Origin: Archangium sp. | Lineage (GTDB): Bacteria > Myxococcota > Myxococcia > Myxococcales > Myxococcaceae | NCBI GenBank assembly: GCA_031367385.1 | Contig: JANLPS010000132.1 | Location: 1-35,846, forward strand | DNA length: 35,846 bases | Direction of reading: 5' to 3' | In this document: positions 34,372 to 35,846 of the stretch, one piece after another | Layout of the letters: each line of letters begins with the position of its first letter | Position numbering within the stretch: position 1 is the stretch's first letter | Notes under the pieces: model-generated | The model's input: only the letters and a program-made list of their open reading frames with translations | Told to the model about the DNA's origin: nothing | Database searches by the model: none | Made by a program: the position numbers and the translations under genes

Positions 34372-35846
34372 ATGGCTAAGAAGCTCAAGAAAATTCAAGG
34401 CTCCGACCCCGCGGCGGAGATACCGACCGCAGACATGCCGGTGATGGGGCGCTCGCCTGGGGCTGGGGCCCCTTCGGCCGTCACGCTCTGGTTTCGCAAC
34501 CACCGCGTCGAGCTGACGTTGTTCGGCATCGTGCTGGTCACCTTGATGATGTTCAGCGCACAACGATTCTGGCGGCAGAGCGCAGCGCCCCATTTCGTGT
34601 ACCAGGCGAAGTCGTGGCTCGACGGGCGCATCGACCTCGACTTCGACACCCTGCCCAACTTGGAAGACTGGGCCTGCGTGCGCGAGGTCAACGGCGTGAA
34701 GACCCGCTGCGAGGGCCAGCCGATGGCGACCGACAAATGGTACTCGTCGTTCCCCGCGTTTCCCTCGGTGGTGATGCTGCCGTTCGTGCTGATCAACGGG
34801 TACCAGCTCAATGACACCTCGTTCGGCGTGATCATCGGCGCGCTGGCGGTCGCCCTCTTCTACTCGTTGCTGCGGCTGCTCAAAGAGCACGAGGGTACCG
34901 AGCGCACGGCCCTCGACAACGCCGCGCTCGCGCTGCTCCTGGCGTTCGGCACCGTGTTTTTCTACGCGTCGCTGCGCGGTGAAGTCTGGTTCAGCGCCGA
35001 AGTCATGGGCATCGCCTTCACGGCCCTCTACCTGCGCAACAGCGTGCGCGCCCGGCAACCGATGTGGGCTGGGCTCTTCTGGTCGATGGCCGTGCTGACC
35101 CGAACGCCGCTGCTCTTCACCGGGCTCTTCTTCGTCTTGGAGGCCGTGGCCCCCGAGAAAGCCAACCGCCTCGAGCAGCTCAAGGGCTTCATGCGAAACG
35201 AGAAGGCCAAGCAAGCGCTGATGCAGTTCGTCTTGGCCGCCGCTCCGCTGGGCATCACCGCGGCGCTCCTCAACCAACTGCGCTTCGGCCGCTTCACTGA
35301 GTTCGGGCACTCGTTTTTGTTCAACAACCGCGTGAATGGCGACATCGACACCTACGGGTTGTTTCACCCGCATTTTCTCGAGCGAAACCTCGACGCGGCC
35401 TTCGAGCTGATACCCCGGCTCGATCACGGCCGGTTGTTCTACACGCCGTGGGGGCTCTCGCTGTTCTTGACCCTGCCCTTTCTGGCGCTGGCCTTCGTGC
35501 CGGCGACGCAACCGAAGCGCGTGTGGGGCGCCATCGCGGCGATGGGGGCGGTGCTGGTGGGCTCGGCCTTCTTCCCCGGCAAGACGTCGGCGATCGGTGA
35601 ACGCCCGGCGGCTGAGGTGGTCTTGCTGGTCGCGACCCTCGCGCTGTTCGCCTTCTTCGCCTGGCAGTGGGTGACCGACCCCGCTGCGCCCCGCCTGCTG
35701 GTGCCAGTGCTGCTGACCCTGGTGGCCTGCGCCGGCCCCGGTTTGCTCTATCAAAACAGCGGGTATGCCCAGTTCGGGTTTCGCTTCAGCCTCGACTATA
35801 CGCCTTACGTCTTGCTGCTCGTCGCGCTCGGCGGGTGGTCACTGCG
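34372..35846 (+). CDS. Multi-pass membrane protein, GT-C glycosyltransferase-like (3' end runs off the window)
   Basis: Not in the ORF track; read from ATG 34372 (GAGGA RBS): PHFVYQAKSWLDGRIDL..WYSSFPAFP..NQLRFG..EFG..GYAQFGFRFSLDY with many TM helices. The GT-C call is an inference. Confidence 0.75.
   Translation, partial: MAKKLKKIQGSDPAAEIPTADMPVMGRSPGAGAPSAVTLWFRNHRVELTLFGIVLVTLMMFSAQRFWRQSAAPHFVYQAKSWLDGRIDLDFDTLPNLEDWACVREVNGVKTRCEGQPMATDKWYSSFPAFPSVVMLPFVLINGYQLNDTSFGVIIGALAVALFYSLLRLLKEHEGTERTALDNAALALLLAFGTVFFYASLRGEVWFSAEVMGIAFTALYLRNSVRARQPMWAGLFWSMAVLTRTPLLFTGLFFVLEAVAPEKANRLEQLKGFMRNEKAKQALMQFVLAAAPLGITAALLNQLRFGRFTEFGHSFLFNNRVNGDIDTYGLFHPHFLERNLDAAFELIPRLDHGRLFYTPWGLSLFLTLPFLALAFVPATQPKRVWGAIAAMGAVLVGSAFFPGKTSAIGERPAAEVVLLVATLALFAFFAWQWVTDPAAPRLLVPVLLTLVACAGPGLLYQNSGYAQFGFRFSLDYTPYVLLLVALGGWSL

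Noticed and set aside
1..35846. tRNA, rRNA, IS, prophage or defence-system genes
   Set aside because: No cloverleaf, rRNA-like tract, transposase, integrase, phage structural or known defence motifs were recognised by eye; a covariance-model scan was not possible.

Overview
High-GC bacterial chromosomal window, most likely Myxococcota. This is inferred from a MYXO-CTERM-like tail, a TonB-domain/TonB-dependent receptor (TBDR) fusion, a CglF/GltF-like gene and a receiver-coiled-coil-J-domain protein. The housekeeping backbone is a cytochrome c/FTR1 iron permease (partial, with a likely Fur box), thyA-folA-PduO-type adenosyltransferase-queG, a YegD-like Hsp70, def, nth, an M23 peptidase, HU, pssA and cinA. 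Many secreted and lipoprotein genes are interspersed. The best candidate for an undescribed system is 5.3-10.9 kb. There, a His/Cys-rich DUF2946/CruR-like leader ORF ends in a non-canonical PKASPP motif with an anti-SD sequence just behind it. It is followed by a TonB-TBDR fusion, two lipoproteins, and a small lipoprotein interrupted by a complete Hint (intein-like) domain. The 57-aa, 6-Cys C-terminal part of that lipoprotein resembles a Hint-less Cys-rich lipoprotein at 32.5 kb. Other oddities are an alcohol-dehydrogenase homolog lacking all three catalytic Zn ligands, a LysM protein with four ungapped helical repeats, a palindromic element supplying the queG stop codon, and recurrent DGG/DAG motifs in exported proteins. 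No rRNA, tRNA, CRISPR array, transposase or integrase was seen. All family calls come from motif recognition by eye; no searches were run.
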